Position numbers and translations under genes: made by a program. Below the pieces are notes generated by a model. That model had not been told where the DNA came from and made no database searches. It saw only the letters and a list, made by a program, of their open reading frames with translations. A stretch of 64,000 bases of DNA from an uncultured Pseudomonadota bacterium (GTDB lineage: Bacteria; Oederibacteriota; Muellerivitia; Muellerivitales; Muellerivitaceae): assembly GCA_963836235.1 (NCBI GenBank), contig CAWIIP010000004.1:768001-832000 (forward strand), in the 5' to 3' direction. This document shows, in pieces, positions 1 to 9,897 of this stretch (positions are counted from its first letter, which is position 1; each line of letters starts with the position of its first letter).

Positions 1-1
1 A

Positions 2-1942
2 TTGGGCGCCCGAATGGCTCTTTGCGAGGGAGACGACCGGGACGAAGTCCTGGCTTTAGCCGAGGACTTCTCCTCCTGGCTGTCCTCCATCACCGGTCTC
101 CCATCTTTTCCAGCGGGCCTGCTGGGCGCGCAGGCCCGTCAAGTCTTAAACGGCTTGAAGTCGGGACGTCCCGTGGAACAAGTTTGCCAGCGGTTATCCC
201 AAGCGATGGCCGAAGCCGTCCACCACATGGGCCAGATACTTATAGGTAAAACCGAATACACTTCATCATTAAAACCAGAAGCCATCTTATCGGAAGGGGG
301 GGAAAACCTATTCATTATTCCAACGGATGACCTGAGTGGATTTCAGGATTTTGTGGCCGAGGCTCCAGAACATTTACAAGCCATCGAATCCGGCTTGCTC
401 GCCCTCGTCCAGGGGGAAACCTGGGACCCGCTCAAGGTCTACCGCCCTTTTCATACCTTGAAGGGAATTTGCGGATTTATGGGACTCGCAGGGTTGGCCC
501 GTTTGACCCACCAGGCGGAAGCCATTCTGGAGAATTACAAAAATGGACAAGGTAAACCCTCGGAAAAAGAAATTGATCTTCTGCTGGAATGCGTCGATTT
601 AATAAAGAGACAAATCGATCTTATTGCCCGAGGACTTGCCGTTGGACGGTTTTCCCTGGTAGACGTGGAACCTTTATTGAACAAATTGGATGGGAAAGAA
701 GTCCAAGGGATCATCGAAACGGCCAACGAAACAAAAGCTACCTCCGCTGAATCGGGTCACGACAATATCGACCGGCATTTGAGGATTGGCGTTGAAAAAA
801 TGGACATGCTTCTTGAAATGGTCGGGGAATTGGCCATTTGCCAATCCCAAGTTACCGAAGGCATTGCCGGGTTGGGCGTGGTCGGGCACTTGTCTTTGGA
901 ATCCTCGCGTCTGGCCAAGATTTCCCGCCAGATCCAAGAAATCGTCCTCTCGCTTCGAATGGTTCCGGTTCAGCCTCTTTTCCAGCGTATGTCCCGTTTG
1001 GCACGGGATCTTTCCCAAAAAACCCAAAAGCCCATTAGGGTTGAGTTGGAAGGGGGCGAAACCGAGCTGGATAAACGGATGATTGAGGAATTGGTGGATC
1101 CCCTGGTCCATCTGATTCGTAACGCCGTTGACCATGGCATCGAGTCGGCGGAGGTCCGGGAAAGGGCTGGAAAATCTCTTGAGGCAAGACTGTTTTTGAA
1201 GGCCAGCCATCAGGGTGGGGACTTCGTCCTGCAGGTTGAGGACGACGGGGCAGGGATCGCCTTTGAAAAGTTGGAACAAAAAGGAAGGGTACTTGGCTTT
1301 TTGACTCAAGGCGCGGTTTCCAAAGAACGCCTAATGGAGCTCATTTTCCAACCTGGTTTTTCAACTGCCGAAAAAGTGACTGAGGTTTCGGGTCGTGGAG
1401 TCGGCTTGGACGCGGTCAAACGCAAAGTTCAATCCCTGAAGGGTGCCATTCATGTGGAAAGTCGTGAGTGCAAGGGGACGTCTTTTATCCTGCGTATTCC
1501 CCTCACGATGGCCCTGATCGACGGCATCGTGGTTCGGGTGGGCTTTTCCCGCTACATCCTTCCTTCCTTTCATGTCCGCCAGTTTTTGGCTTTGAAAGAC
1601 ACGGAAAGCCATCAAGTGTCCCGATCCCAAACTTGGTTGACGACTTCCTCCGGAAACATACCGGTCGTTGAACTTTCGGAATGGTTTGGGTGCAAGTCTC
1701 AAAACCATCAGCAAACGGTCGTTGTTCATGTGGAGGTGGGTGATCGCGAAGCCTGCCTAGTCGTGGATGAGGTGATTGGCAAACAGCAGGTTGTTGTGAA
1801 GGGCCTGGGGGAACATCTCCAGGGAATGCCTGGTGTGGCAGGTGGCGCCATATTGGGTGACGGACAAGTGGGATTCATTCTCGACTTAAACGCCCTTGTC
1901 CAAGAGGGCCGGGTTAATCCGGCCTTGGCCGTCGGAAACTGA
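2..1942 (+). CDS. cheA: Chemotaxis histidine kinase CheA (5' end probably outside window)
   Basis: HPt motif YRPFHTLKG, HATPase N-box HLIRNAVDHG and G-boxes DDGAG / SGRGVGLD, C-terminal CheW-like domain. Confidence 0.95.
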   Translation: MGARMALCEGDDRDEVLALAEDFSSWLSSITGLPSFPAGLLGAQARQVLNGLKSGRPVEQVCQRLSQAMAEAVHHMGQILIGKTEYTSSLKPEAILSEGGENLFIIPTDDLSGFQDFVAEAPEHLQAIESGLLALVQGETWDPLKVYRPFHTLKGICGFMGLAGLARLTHQAEAILENYKNGQGKPSEKEIDLLLECVDLIKRQIDLIARGLAVGRFSLVDVEPLLNKLDGKEVQGIIETANETKATSAESGHDNIDRHLRIGVEKMDMLLEMVGELAICQSQVTEGIAGLGVVGHLSLESSRLAKISRQIQEIVLSLRMVPVQPLFQRMSRLARDLSQKTQKPIRVELEGGETELDKRMIEELVDPLVHLIRNAVDHGIESAEVRERAGKSLEARLFLKASHQGGDFVLQVEDDGAGIAFEKLEQKGRVLGFLTQGAVSKERLMELIFQPGFSTAEKVTEVSGRGVGLDAVKRKVQSLKGAIHVESRECKGTSFILRIPLTMALIDGIVVRVGFSRYILPSFHVRQFLALKDTESHQVSRSQTWLTTSSGNIPVVELSEWFGCKSQNHQQTVVVHVEVGDREACLVVDEVIGKQQVVVKGLGEHLQGMPGVAGGAILGDGQVGFILDLNALVQEGRVNPALAVGN

Positions 1943-1959
1943 AAAAAGGAAAAGAAAGA

Positions 1960-2502
1960 ATGGAAATGACTCTACATAAATCAGAAGGAAGGTATCTCAC
2001 GTTCTCCATCGCCCACGAGGAATATGGGGTGGAGATCCACCGGGTTCGGGAAATCATCGGTCCGGTTGTATTGGAAGTGGTTCCCGATGCCGCTCCTCAT
2101 GTTCGGGGCATCTTGCGGCTGAGGGGCAAGGTGGTTCCGGTGGTCGATTTGAGGAACCGGTTTGGCTTTGAAAAGGGCGAGGCCCATCCGGGGAGTTGCG
2201 TGGTAACGGTTTTGGCCAAAGGGTCGGACGGACCCTTTTTGGTGGGCTTATTGGTGGATGGAATCCGGGAAGTGATCCAGGTTTGGACTGGAGACCTGGA
2301 GGAAGAGCTAGAGATGAGGGAAGACTCAAGGAATGAGTTTTTGATGGGACTGGCGCGTTGCCAGGACCGGTTTGTCCTTCTGTTGGATGTGGAGAAGATC
2401 GCTAAAGGTGAGGAAGTGACTGGCAATATTTTATTGGACCGGGCGGCGCCTTCTTTAACTGCAGAGACTGGACGAAGTATTGATAAAAGGAGTAAAACGT
2501 GA
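1960..2502 (+). CDS. cheW: CheW adaptor
   Basis: [30 protein letters not shown] motifs; directly after cheA. Confidence 0.92.
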   Translation: MEMTLHKSEGRYLTFSIAHEEYGVEIHRVREIIGPVVLEVVPDAAPHVRGILRLRGKVVPVVDLRNRFGFEKGEAHPGSCVVTVLAKGSDGPFLVGLLVDGIREVIQVWTGDLEEELEMREDSRNEFLMGLARCQDRFVLLLDVEKIAKGEEVTGNILLDRAAPSLTAETGRSIDKRSKT

Positions 2503-4028
2503 ATTTTTTAAAATTCGAGAATATGCCTTTGCGCGCGAAAGTGACCGTAACCGCTTTGATGGCTAGCATCATTTCTCTCTTGGCGGCTTGTGGCATGTTT
2601 ATCGGGAATGAAGAGGTGACTTTTCCCAAGGTTTTAGTAACGAATCTCACCGCCATGGCCCAAATCATCTCTGGCAATTGCCGGGCGGATCTGGAAGTTA
2701 ATGACTTAGGAAGTTCTTTGGACCTGGTCAATTCAATGAAGGTAAATCCTCATATACATATTGCCTGCATTTACGACAACAAGGGACAGATTTACGCAAA
2801 GTATGAATCGTCCGATTCTGTGGGGAAAACGCCGCCGGTCGCCCAAAAAGAGGGTTTTCAGATTTCGGGGGGAAGAGTGGAGGTTTTCCATGATGTTCTA
2901 AACGGAAATGAACCGATGGGAACGGTTTATTTGCAATCGGACATGAAGGAAATGGATGAACGGCTTAGCGGTTATATAAGGGTCACCCTCGGAGTCTTAG
3001 CCATCTCGATCCTGGTTTCGTTCCTAATCGCCCAGCGCCTCCAGCGGCAAATCGCGGATCCGATCCAAGACATCATCAGCAGTTTAAGCGGGAACGCCGA
3101 GTGGATGGCTTCCAATTCTGTCCAAATTTCAACGGCCAGTCAGCAAATGTCCGAGGGTTCCTCCGAATCCGCCAGCGCATTGGAGGAAACCAGCTCGTCA
3201 TTGGAGGAAATCGCGTCCATGACCCGGCAAAACGCGAAAAATGCGAGCCAGGCAGCCCATGTTATGCAGGATTCACGGCAGTTAGTCCTTCAAGGAAACC
3301 AAGCGGTGGAAAGCACCGTGAAATCCATGAGGGAAATGCGGGAGAGCGCCGAGAAGGTCACCAAGATCATCAAAACTATCGAGGAAATCGCCTTTCAGAC
3401 TAATTTGCTCGCTTTGAACGCGGCGGTCGAAGCGGCCCGGGCGGGCGAGCATGGCCGGGGATTCGCGGTGGTAGCGGAGGAAGTGAGAAACCTGGCCCGA
3501 CGCAGCGCTGTCGCGGCCAAGGATTCGGCTTCCCTGATTGAGGAAAACGCCCAAAGGGTTACGGGTGGGGTGAAAGTGAGCGAGGAAGCCGGCAAGGCCT
3601 TGTCTGAAATCGTGGTTCAAGCGGTGAAGGTTTCGGATATCGTCCTTGGGATCGCCGCCGCCAGCCAGGAGCAATCCAAGGGTATTGAGGAAGTCAATCA
3701 AGCGGTATCCCAAATGGATAAAGTCACTCAGCGCAATAGTGCCAATGCCGAGGAGTTGTCGGCTTCCAGCGAGGAACTCGCCAGTCAAGCGCGTTCCATC
3801 CGTGAAATGGTGACCCAATTGGTGGTGATTTTGGAAGGTGGGAAAGGCCGTTACGGTTACAAGGGCAAGACTCACAAATCTGCTGACGCTGTCCAGGAGG
3901 ATTCAACCGCATGGACGGTTGAAGACTTGAATAAAGCTAAAAATTTCAGCTTGACTGCGGTAAAAGGCGCCGTTTATTCACCCAAACCATTGGTTCCTTC
4001 GGGTAACCGAGGCCTTCGGAACTTTTAA
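2499..4028 (+). CDS. Methyl-accepting chemotaxis protein with periplasmic sensor domain
   Basis: Two TM helices; signalling hairpin [34 protein letters not shown]. Confidence 0.95.
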   Translation: MNFLKFENMPLRAKVTVTALMASIISLLAACGMFIGNEEVTFPKVLVTNLTAMAQIISGNCRADLEVNDLGSSLDLVNSMKVNPHIHIACIYDNKGQIYAKYESSDSVGKTPPVAQKEGFQISGGRVEVFHDVLNGNEPMGTVYLQSDMKEMDERLSGYIRVTLGVLAISILVSFLIAQRLQRQIADPIQDIISSLSGNAEWMASNSVQISTASQQMSEGSSESASALEETSSSLEEIASMTRQNAKNASQAAHVMQDSRQLVLQGNQAVESTVKSMREMRESAEKVTKIIKTIEEIAFQTNLLALNAAVEAARAGEHGRGFAVVAEEVRNLARRSAVAAKDSASLIEENAQRVTGGVKVSEEAGKALSEIVVQAVKVSDIVLGIAAASQEQSKGIEEVNQAVSQMDKVTQRNSANAEELSASSEELASQARSIREMVTQLVVILEGGKGRYGYKGKTHKSADAVQEDSTAWTVEDLNKAKNFSLTAVKGAVYSPKPLVPSGNRGLRNF

Positions 4029-4055
4029 AACAGACTATCGGAAAAGGAGAATGCC

Positions 4056-4271
4056 GTGTTTAAGAAGAAATTAAAGATTGAAGAAGAAACGGTAAATACA
4101 AAGGAGGGAACCATAAAGGCTACCCCCCGGATTGTCGCTCCTGCGCCGGCTTCGACCGAAACAACCACAGTTCCAGGAAAAGAACAAGAGACCCTACACC
4201 AGCCTGGAATTATTTTTTCAGGCTTAAAGGAGAAACTTTCTTCGGAGGAGCTTCTGAAACGGATGGAATAG
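4056..4271 (+). CDS. Small hypothetical protein
   Basis: AAGGAG RBS upstream of GTG; fills gap in the che operon; no motif recognised. Confidence 0.5.
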   Translation: MFKKKLKIEEETVNTKEGTIKATPRIVAPAPASTETTTVPGKEQETLHQPGIIFSGLKEKLSSEELLKRME

Positions 4272-4341
4272 GCGGTTAGGAAAGTTAATTATTCGGACTG
4301 CGCGTAATTCGCCGAGGGCCGATCAACTAAAGGAGCGAAAT

Positions 4342-4869
4342 ATGGAGACGGTATTAAAGAAAGTTGAAGGAAAGTACCTGACCTTCCGCCTAGGGAGGGA
4401 AGAGTACGGCATTGAGATACTGAAGGTTCGGGAAATCGTGGCCATGATGGAGATCACGGCGGTTCCCTTGACGGCTTTGCATATTCGCGGTGTTGTTAAT
4501 CTCCGGGGAAAAATCATCCCGGTGGTGGATATGCGTAAAAAATTCGGCCTGCCGGATGTGGCGGCAAGCCGCGACACCTGCATCATTACCACAATGGTGG
4601 AGGGGAAGGAAGGAGAGGTTTTAACAGGCCTTTTGGTGGATGGAGTAAGTGAGGTTACTCAAGTGGGCGCCTCCGAAGTGGAGCCGGTCCCCGCCCTTGG
4701 CGAGGACATGCGGTTGGACTTTGTAATGGGACTGTCCAAGACCAAGGGACGGGTCATCGTCCTTTTGGACATGGATAAAGTCATGCAGGGCCAGGAGTTT
4801 CAACAACTCCAGGAATTGGAACAGTTGACCAAGGACGCCCAAGACGCGTCCACAAAAAAGGAGGCGTGA
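4342..4869 (+). CDS. cheW: CheW adaptor (second copy)
   Basis: KYLTFRLGREEYGIEI, GVVNLRGKIIPVVD, GLLVD; AAGGAG RBS. Confidence 0.95.
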   Translation: METVLKKVEGKYLTFRLGREEYGIEILKVREIVAMMEITAVPLTALHIRGVVNLRGKIIPVVDMRKKFGLPDVAASRDTCIITTMVEGKEGEVLTGLLVDGVSEVTQVGASEVEPVPALGEDMRLDFVMGLSKTKGRVIVLLDMDKVMQGQEFQQLQELEQLTKDAQDASTKKEA

Positions 4870-4872
4870 GCC

Positions 4873-6504
4873 ATGGGTTTCAATCGAATGAAGCTGGATA
4901 CAAAACTGGTAGGGTCGTCCATCCTAGTAGCGGCTCTTATGTTGGTTTTTTTCGGGCAGTTCATCTCCCTTTTGCATTCGTCGGGTAAGGGACTGGAACA
5001 GGTTGTCAAAGCAAGTACTGCCGTGCGTCTGGCACAGGAATTGGATAACAATTTCCAATTGGCCGTTTCCAAGGGTAAGGATGTGGCCATTGTGAAGGAC
5101 CAACACCACAAGGATGTTACCGTGGCTTACTTGAAGAAGGCGCAGGAGGCTTTGACGGACCTACAGAAAACAGAATTGGACCCGGATGAGCAGGATAGCC
5201 TTAAAAAGCTTGGTGATCAGCTCACCAGCGTTAGCAACAAACTCAACACCTTGGTGCAAACGCCTATCGATAATTTGGCTTCACTGGACCTTTATACCGC
5301 TTACTTAAAGGATATTACTATTGAATTTGATAATTCTAGCCAGGCCTATGTGGCATTGCTGAACCAAAAAGTTCAGGATTCCCAGGCTTCGGTCATTGCC
5401 CAGATTGACAGGGGGCAGTTAGTGGGTATTTTCATCGTTTTGCTTGTTTTGAGCGGGATTTTACTGAATTTGATGATTTCTTTGGGGGTGGCCCGCACTT
5501 TGAGGACCCTGACGCGCAATTTAATTGAAAGCGCAAATCAGGTGTCCTCGGCCTCCACTATGACCTCCGCCGCTAGCCAGCAATTGGCCGAGGGGGCCGG
5601 AGAATCGGCTTCCAGTTTGGAAGAAACCAGTTCGTCATTGGAAGAGATGTCTTCCATGACCCGACAGAACGCCGAAAACGCCATTCGCGCCACAAAACTG
5701 GTGGAGGATACGCGTTCCATGGTGCTGCAGGGTAACGCGGCGGTGGAATTGACTGTCAAGTCGATGAAAGAAACCAACGAAAGCGCCGAAAAGATTTCCA
5801 AGATTATCAAGACCATCGAGGAAATCGCCTTCCAGACCAATCTTCTGGCCTTGAACGCGGCGGTAGAAGCGGCTCGTGCAGGCGAACACGGCAGAGGGTT
5901 CGCAGTGGTGGCGGAGGAAGTTCGAAACCTGGCGCATCGCAGCGCCTCGGCGGCCAAGGACACGGCGGCCCTGATTGAGGAAAACGCCAAGCGCGTGAGC
6001 CAGGGCGTGAAAGTCAGCGAGGAAGCGGGCAAGACCCTGTCCGAGATTGTGGAAAGGGCCAAAAAAGTTTCTGATCTGGTGGGCGAGATCGCTGCGGCCA
6101 GCCAGGAACAATCCAAGGGTATCGAAGAAATCAACGGCGCGGTAGCCCAGATGGATAAAGTAACCCAGCGCAATACTTCTAACGCCGAGGAATTAGCTTC
6201 CTCCAGCGAGGAAATGTCCAGCCAAGCCCAAAGCCTGAAGGACATGGTAATCCAGTTGGCTGTCTTGCCGGAGGGTAATGGTGGGCAGGATACGGTTTTA
6301 AGGACTTTATCGTCCAAGGAAACAGCCAAGCCGACGCCCAAAACGGTTGCGTTCCATGCACCCCATTTTAAGCCGGCAGAGCCCCCCTCCGGCAACGGGC
6401 ATGAGAAATTGAAGAAGATGCGCAAAACGCTGGCCTATGCGACTGCCAAGTCTTCGCCTGAGGAAGTTATTCCCCTCGGCCAAGACGACTTGAAGGACTT
6501 TTAA
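4873..6504 (+). CDS. Methyl-accepting chemotaxis protein, helical sensor domain
   Basis: Two TM helices, conserved signalling hairpin, C-terminal DLKDF resembling a CheR-tethering pentapeptide. Confidence 0.95.
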   Translation: MGFNRMKLDTKLVGSSILVAALMLVFFGQFISLLHSSGKGLEQVVKASTAVRLAQELDNNFQLAVSKGKDVAIVKDQHHKDVTVAYLKKAQEALTDLQKTELDPDEQDSLKKLGDQLTSVSNKLNTLVQTPIDNLASLDLYTAYLKDITIEFDNSSQAYVALLNQKVQDSQASVIAQIDRGQLVGIFIVLLVLSGILLNLMISLGVARTLRTLTRNLIESANQVSSASTMTSAASQQLAEGAGESASSLEETSSSLEEMSSMTRQNAENAIRATKLVEDTRSMVLQGNAAVELTVKSMKETNESAEKISKIIKTIEEIAFQTNLLALNAAVEAARAGEHGRGFAVVAEEVRNLAHRSASAAKDTAALIEENAKRVSQGVKVSEEAGKTLSEIVERAKKVSDLVGEIAAASQEQSKGIEEINGAVAQMDKVTQRNTSNAEELASSSEEMSSQAQSLKDMVIQLAVLPEGNGGQDTVLRTLSSKETAKPTPKTVAFHAPHFKPAEPPSGNGHEKLKKMRKTLAYATAKSSPEEVIPLGQDDLKDF

Positions 6505-6521
6505 GCATGGAAGGCTTGGCC

Positions 6522-7346
6522 ATGGAATTGAAACCCGCGGATTTTCAACGCTTTTCCGAGATGGTGCGCCGCCACAGCGGCATCCATCTCGGGACTGTGA
6601 AAAATGAACTCCTGCGGGCCCGTCTGGCCAAGCGAATGAGGGCGCTCTCCCTCACCTCTTTTCGTGAGTACTACGAAGTGGTCCTCGCGGACGATACGGG
6701 GGAGGAACTGGCCCGCATGCTGGACGTCGTGACGACTAACAAAACCGAGTTTTTTAGGGAGGACAAGCATTTTGTCCTCCTGGTCCAAAGGATACTGCCG
6801 GAGCTCTTGAAGGAAACCACCCAAAGGGCGGATAAGACCTTGAGGATTTGGTGCGCGGCCTGTTCTTCGGGCGAGGAGGCCTACACCTTGGCCATGTGCG
6901 CTTTGGAAGCGATGATCGGGACCGATTTGAAAGTGAAGATTCTCGCCACTGATCTTTCCAGTCGTATGATCCACCGGGCGGTAACTGGAATCTACGCGAA
7001 AGAAAAGACACAAGGCATACCGCCGACGCTCCTTCAAAAATATTTTGAGGCAGAAGGAAAGGGAGGAGAGCGGGTTTATCGGGCAGGGCAGGCTTTAAGG
7101 GACATTATCCATTTCCATCGCTTTAACCTTAACGCCGGAAGTTTTCCATTCCGAAATTCCTTCGACATCATCTTTTGCCGGAACGTCATGATTTACTTCG
7201 ATCAGCCGGTTCAACAGGAGCTGGTGGGCCGCATGGCGGGTGTATTGAGAAAAGGCGGCTACTTTTTCACAGGATTGGCGGAAAGCCTCCTCGCCATCAA
7301 ACACCCGCTGAAGTCCATGGCCGCGTCGGTCTATTTAAAACCTTAA
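6522..7346 (+). CDS. cheR: Chemotaxis methyltransferase CheR
   Basis: TTNKTEFFRE, RIWCAACSSGEEAY, ILATD, DIIFCRNVMIYFD; start placed after GGAAGG. Confidence 0.95.
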   Translation: MELKPADFQRFSEMVRRHSGIHLGTVKNELLRARLAKRMRALSLTSFREYYEVVLADDTGEELARMLDVVTTNKTEFFREDKHFVLLVQRILPELLKETTQRADKTLRIWCAACSSGEEAYTLAMCALEAMIGTDLKVKILATDLSSRMIHRAVTGIYAKEKTQGIPPTLLQKYFEAEGKGGERVYRAGQALRDIIHFHRFNLNAGSFPFRNSFDIIFCRNVMIYFDQPVQQELVGRMAGVLRKGGYFFTGLAESLLAIKHPLKSMAASVYLKP

Positions 7347-7497
7347 AGAAAATGGTGTAAAAAAATTAAATTATTTTTAAGAGAAAATGTAATCCAACAC
7401 TGGAATTACAAATAGGTCAAGAAACTAAGGAACTCATCAAAAACTCAAAGCCGGCGTTTTATTTAGCTTTCGAAACAACTCCTCAAAAAATTCACGA

Positions 7498-7514
7498 TGC
7501 TCAATTTTTGAACA
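7498..7514. promoter_or_regulatory. Candidate enhancer-binding-protein site
   Basis: Imperfect palindrome TGCTCAA-TTT-TTGAACA about 60 bp upstream of the sigma54-type promoter, AT-rich spacer between. Confidence 0.4.
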
Positions 7515-7574
7515 GTGGTTGTTGTGAAGAAACGAATATTTGCCTTTTATTTCGTTGAAATTTTTTATCTTTAT

Positions 7575-7591
7575 TTGGCACCACAATTGCT
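7575..7591 (+). promoter_or_regulatory. Sigma54 (-24/-12) promoter
   Basis: TTGGCAC-CACAA-TTGCT matches TGGCAC-N5-TTGCW, 37 bp before the ATG at 7629. Confidence 0.8.
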
Positions 7592-7628
7592 CTTGTTATG
7601 AATGGGTTTAAAACTCAGGAGGATTTTT

Positions 7629-8426
7629 ATGGAGAAGATTAGAACCGCGTTGGTTATTGATTCAGACGCTTCGTTCCGGCAGTTTGTGACCCTTCGCTTG
7701 GAAATCTTGGGGTTCAAAGTAAAGGAAGCCGAGACGCCCGTCCAAATTCGCTCCGTGGTGAAGGAAGGAGAGGTGGATTTGGTGGTGACCGAGTTCGCGG
7801 TGCCGGGATTGGAAGGGGAGAGTCTTCTTTCGGTTTTGGAACCCTCCAAACGCCCCGTTTTTCTGTTAACTCATTGGGTTTCTGAAAATCCTGAGGCCTT
7901 TTTGAGGCAAACCCAGGTTAGGGCCGTGATCCCCAAGAAAAAAAGATCGGAGTTTTTCAAGCAGTTGGAGTTCCTGGATCCGGTGATTAAAACCGGGCCT
8001 TCCGTCGAAACCCGGAATCCGCAAGAGAGGCACATCCTCCTCATTGAGGATTCGCCGACGATACGGCATTACGTCCGCCGCACCCTGGAACGGGAAATGC
8101 CGGGCTGCGTGATCCGCGAGGCTGAAGACGGCCGCGACGCCATCTCGGAAATGGCCCAGAAAAAAGTGGATTTAATCATCACCGACCTTCAAATGCCGGG
8201 AATGGATGGCCACACCTTCTTGCGGATGATCCGCAGAAACAGCCTTTTGAAACAAAAACCAGTCCTGGTCTTCTCCAGCAGCGACGTTTCTGATTTGAGG
8301 GTGGAATTCGGCGACGATTCTTGTCTAGAGTTTCTGCCCAAACCGGCCAGCCCCGATCAGATCATGGAAGCCATTGGGCGTTTATGGGACTGCGAGGCCC
8401 ATCCATTGAAGTACCTAAAAAAGTAA
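7629..8426 (+). CDS. Tandem receiver-domain response regulator
   Basis: First REC has Glu at the phosphoacceptor position (VVTEFAVPG); second is canonical (IEDS, TDLQMPGMDG, FLPKP); AGGAGG RBS. Confidence 0.85.
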   Translation: MEKIRTALVIDSDASFRQFVTLRLEILGFKVKEAETPVQIRSVVKEGEVDLVVTEFAVPGLEGESLLSVLEPSKRPVFLLTHWVSENPEAFLRQTQVRAVIPKKKRSEFFKQLEFLDPVIKTGPSVETRNPQERHILLIEDSPTIRHYVRRTLEREMPGCVIREAEDGRDAISEMAQKKVDLIITDLQMPGMDGHTFLRMIRRNSLLKQKPVLVFSSSDVSDLRVEFGDDSCLEFLPKPASPDQIMEAIGRLWDCEAHPLKYLKK

Positions 8427-8437
8427 AGGAATTAGAA

Positions 8438-8794
8438 ATGAAGGAATTTGAGAAAAAATCATTAATTGAACCAAAAAACGGACGCATCGAAGGTGAGCCT
8501 GTCGGCGCAGAACTTTGGAGAATGTGGACATCGGAAATAAAGCCTCATTTTTCAGCCGAAAAGGATTTCCTGCAGAAATATGGCGGCGAAGTTGGCTACG
8601 ACCGCAAGTATATCGCCCGGGTATTGGAAGATCATCGAATGATGGAGGAGCTCGTTTGGAAGAATGGGAATGAAGGCGTCGGCCAATTCGCCAAGGTGCT
8701 GGCGGCACATCTTCGGTTTAAAGAAGAGTTTTTCTCCGAAAAAGTCCGAAAAATTGTAGAGGAGGAAGACGCCTCGCCGTCAGAGATTTCTTAA
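8438..8794 (+). CDS. Hemerythrin/HHE-like helical protein
   Basis: Spaced motifs HFSAE, EDH, HLRFKEE resemble HHE-domain metal ligands; N-terminal His not evident. Confidence 0.55.
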   Translation: MKEFEKKSLIEPKNGRIEGEPVGAELWRMWTSEIKPHFSAEKDFLQKYGGEVGYDRKYIARVLEDHRMMEELVWKNGNEGVGQFAKVLAAHLRFKEEFFSEKVRKIVEEEDASPSEIS

Positions 8795-8957
8795 CACGGA
8801 AGTTAAAAAGCATTTTTCGATTCTCTGCCGACAGCCATAGGGTTGAATGGGTCAATAAAAATATGGTTTTTATACCCCATGGCTCATTCGTAAATGGAAA
8901 AAGTCCGCATTTCGGATTTTTTCAACATCCCGTTAAATCCCGGTGAATGGAAGAACC

Positions 8958-9458
8958 ATGGAAAAGTTGCAGTCTGGCTTAAAAACGGTCGTGGTGGGAG
9001 TGGGAGATCACAAAGTTAGCGTGAGTTCCTTGGAGGTGCTAGTGACCTACAGTCTGGGCTCTTGCTTGGGGGTGGCGGCTTACGATTCTAAGGCCGGGGT
9101 GGGGGGGCTCCTTCATTTCATGCTCCCGGATTCCAGAATTAACCCGGAAAAGGCTAGGGTCCAGCCGGCAATGTTCGCCGATACAGGGTTAACGGTTTTT
9201 TTGAACGAACTTTTCGCGCTGGGTGCCACCCGCAAAGGGATTGTCCTGAAACTGGTGGGAGCTTCGAAGGTTCTCAAGGATGGCGAGTTTTTTGACATTG
9301 GCAGGCGCAATCTTTTAATGGCGAAGAAACTGTTGTGGAAGAACAACTTGGGGGTTCTGGTTGAGGAAACGGGCGGTGAGGCGAGCCGTACTCTCCGGCT
9401 TCGGATGGCCGATGGAAGGACTCTCGTTAAAGATTTAGCGGGGGAGCACGAGCTTTGA
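8958..9458 (+). CDS. cheD: Chemoreceptor glutamine deamidase CheD
   Basis: TYSLGSCLGV, GLLHFMLP, FADTG, IGRRN, ETGG..SR motifs. Confidence 0.93.
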   Translation: MEKLQSGLKTVVVGVGDHKVSVSSLEVLVTYSLGSCLGVAAYDSKAGVGGLLHFMLPDSRINPEKARVQPAMFADTGLTVFLNELFALGATRKGIVLKLVGASKVLKDGEFFDIGRRNLLMAKKLLWKNNLGVLVEETGGEASRTLRLRMADGRTLVKDLAGEHEL

Positions 9459-9513
9459 AAATAGCTGATGGTGATTTGCGATTTACCTTCGGCCCAAAAT
9501 TAAGGAGAGGTTT

Positions 9514-9897
9514 ATGGCTTTCAATATCTTGATTGTGGACGATTCCAGCACCATGCGCGGTATGGTGAAAAAGGTACTGGGTATGACTCAATTGCCCCTT
9601 GGGGAAATGTGGGAGGCGGCCAACGGAAAGGAGGGGATTGAGAAAATGCGGAGTAATTGGGTTGACCTAGTGCTGGCGGATCTCAATATGCCCGACATGA
9701 CGGGGCAGGAAATGATCGATGAGATGAAAAAAGATTCCCTGCTCGCGACTTTACCGGTAGTGGTGGTGAGTTCGGAAGGGGATAAGGCGGTTTTGGACCA
9801 CTTGGCCCAAAAAGGAATAACGGAAATCGTGCGCAAACCTTTTGAGGCTTCCCTTCTTAGGCAAGTAATCGAAAGGGCCTTGGGGGCAACAGCATGA
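9514..9897 (+). CDS. cheY: Single-domain response regulator CheY-like
   Basis: IVDDS, ADLNMPDMTG, RKPF; between cheD and cheB. Confidence 0.85.
   Translation: MAFNILIVDDSSTMRGMVKKVLGMTQLPLGEMWEAANGKEGIEKMRSNWVDLVLADLNMPDMTGQEMIDEMKKDSLLATLPVVVVSSEGDKAVLDHLAQKGITEIVRKPFEASLLRQVIERALGATA

Noticed and set aside
5538-6425. 295-aa minus-strand ORF
   Set aside because: Antisense to the conserved MCP signalling domain.
8804-8834. Sigma28 promoter before cheD (TAAA...GCCGACAG)
   Set aside because: Spacer is 19 bp rather than about 15 and the -10 has two mismatches.
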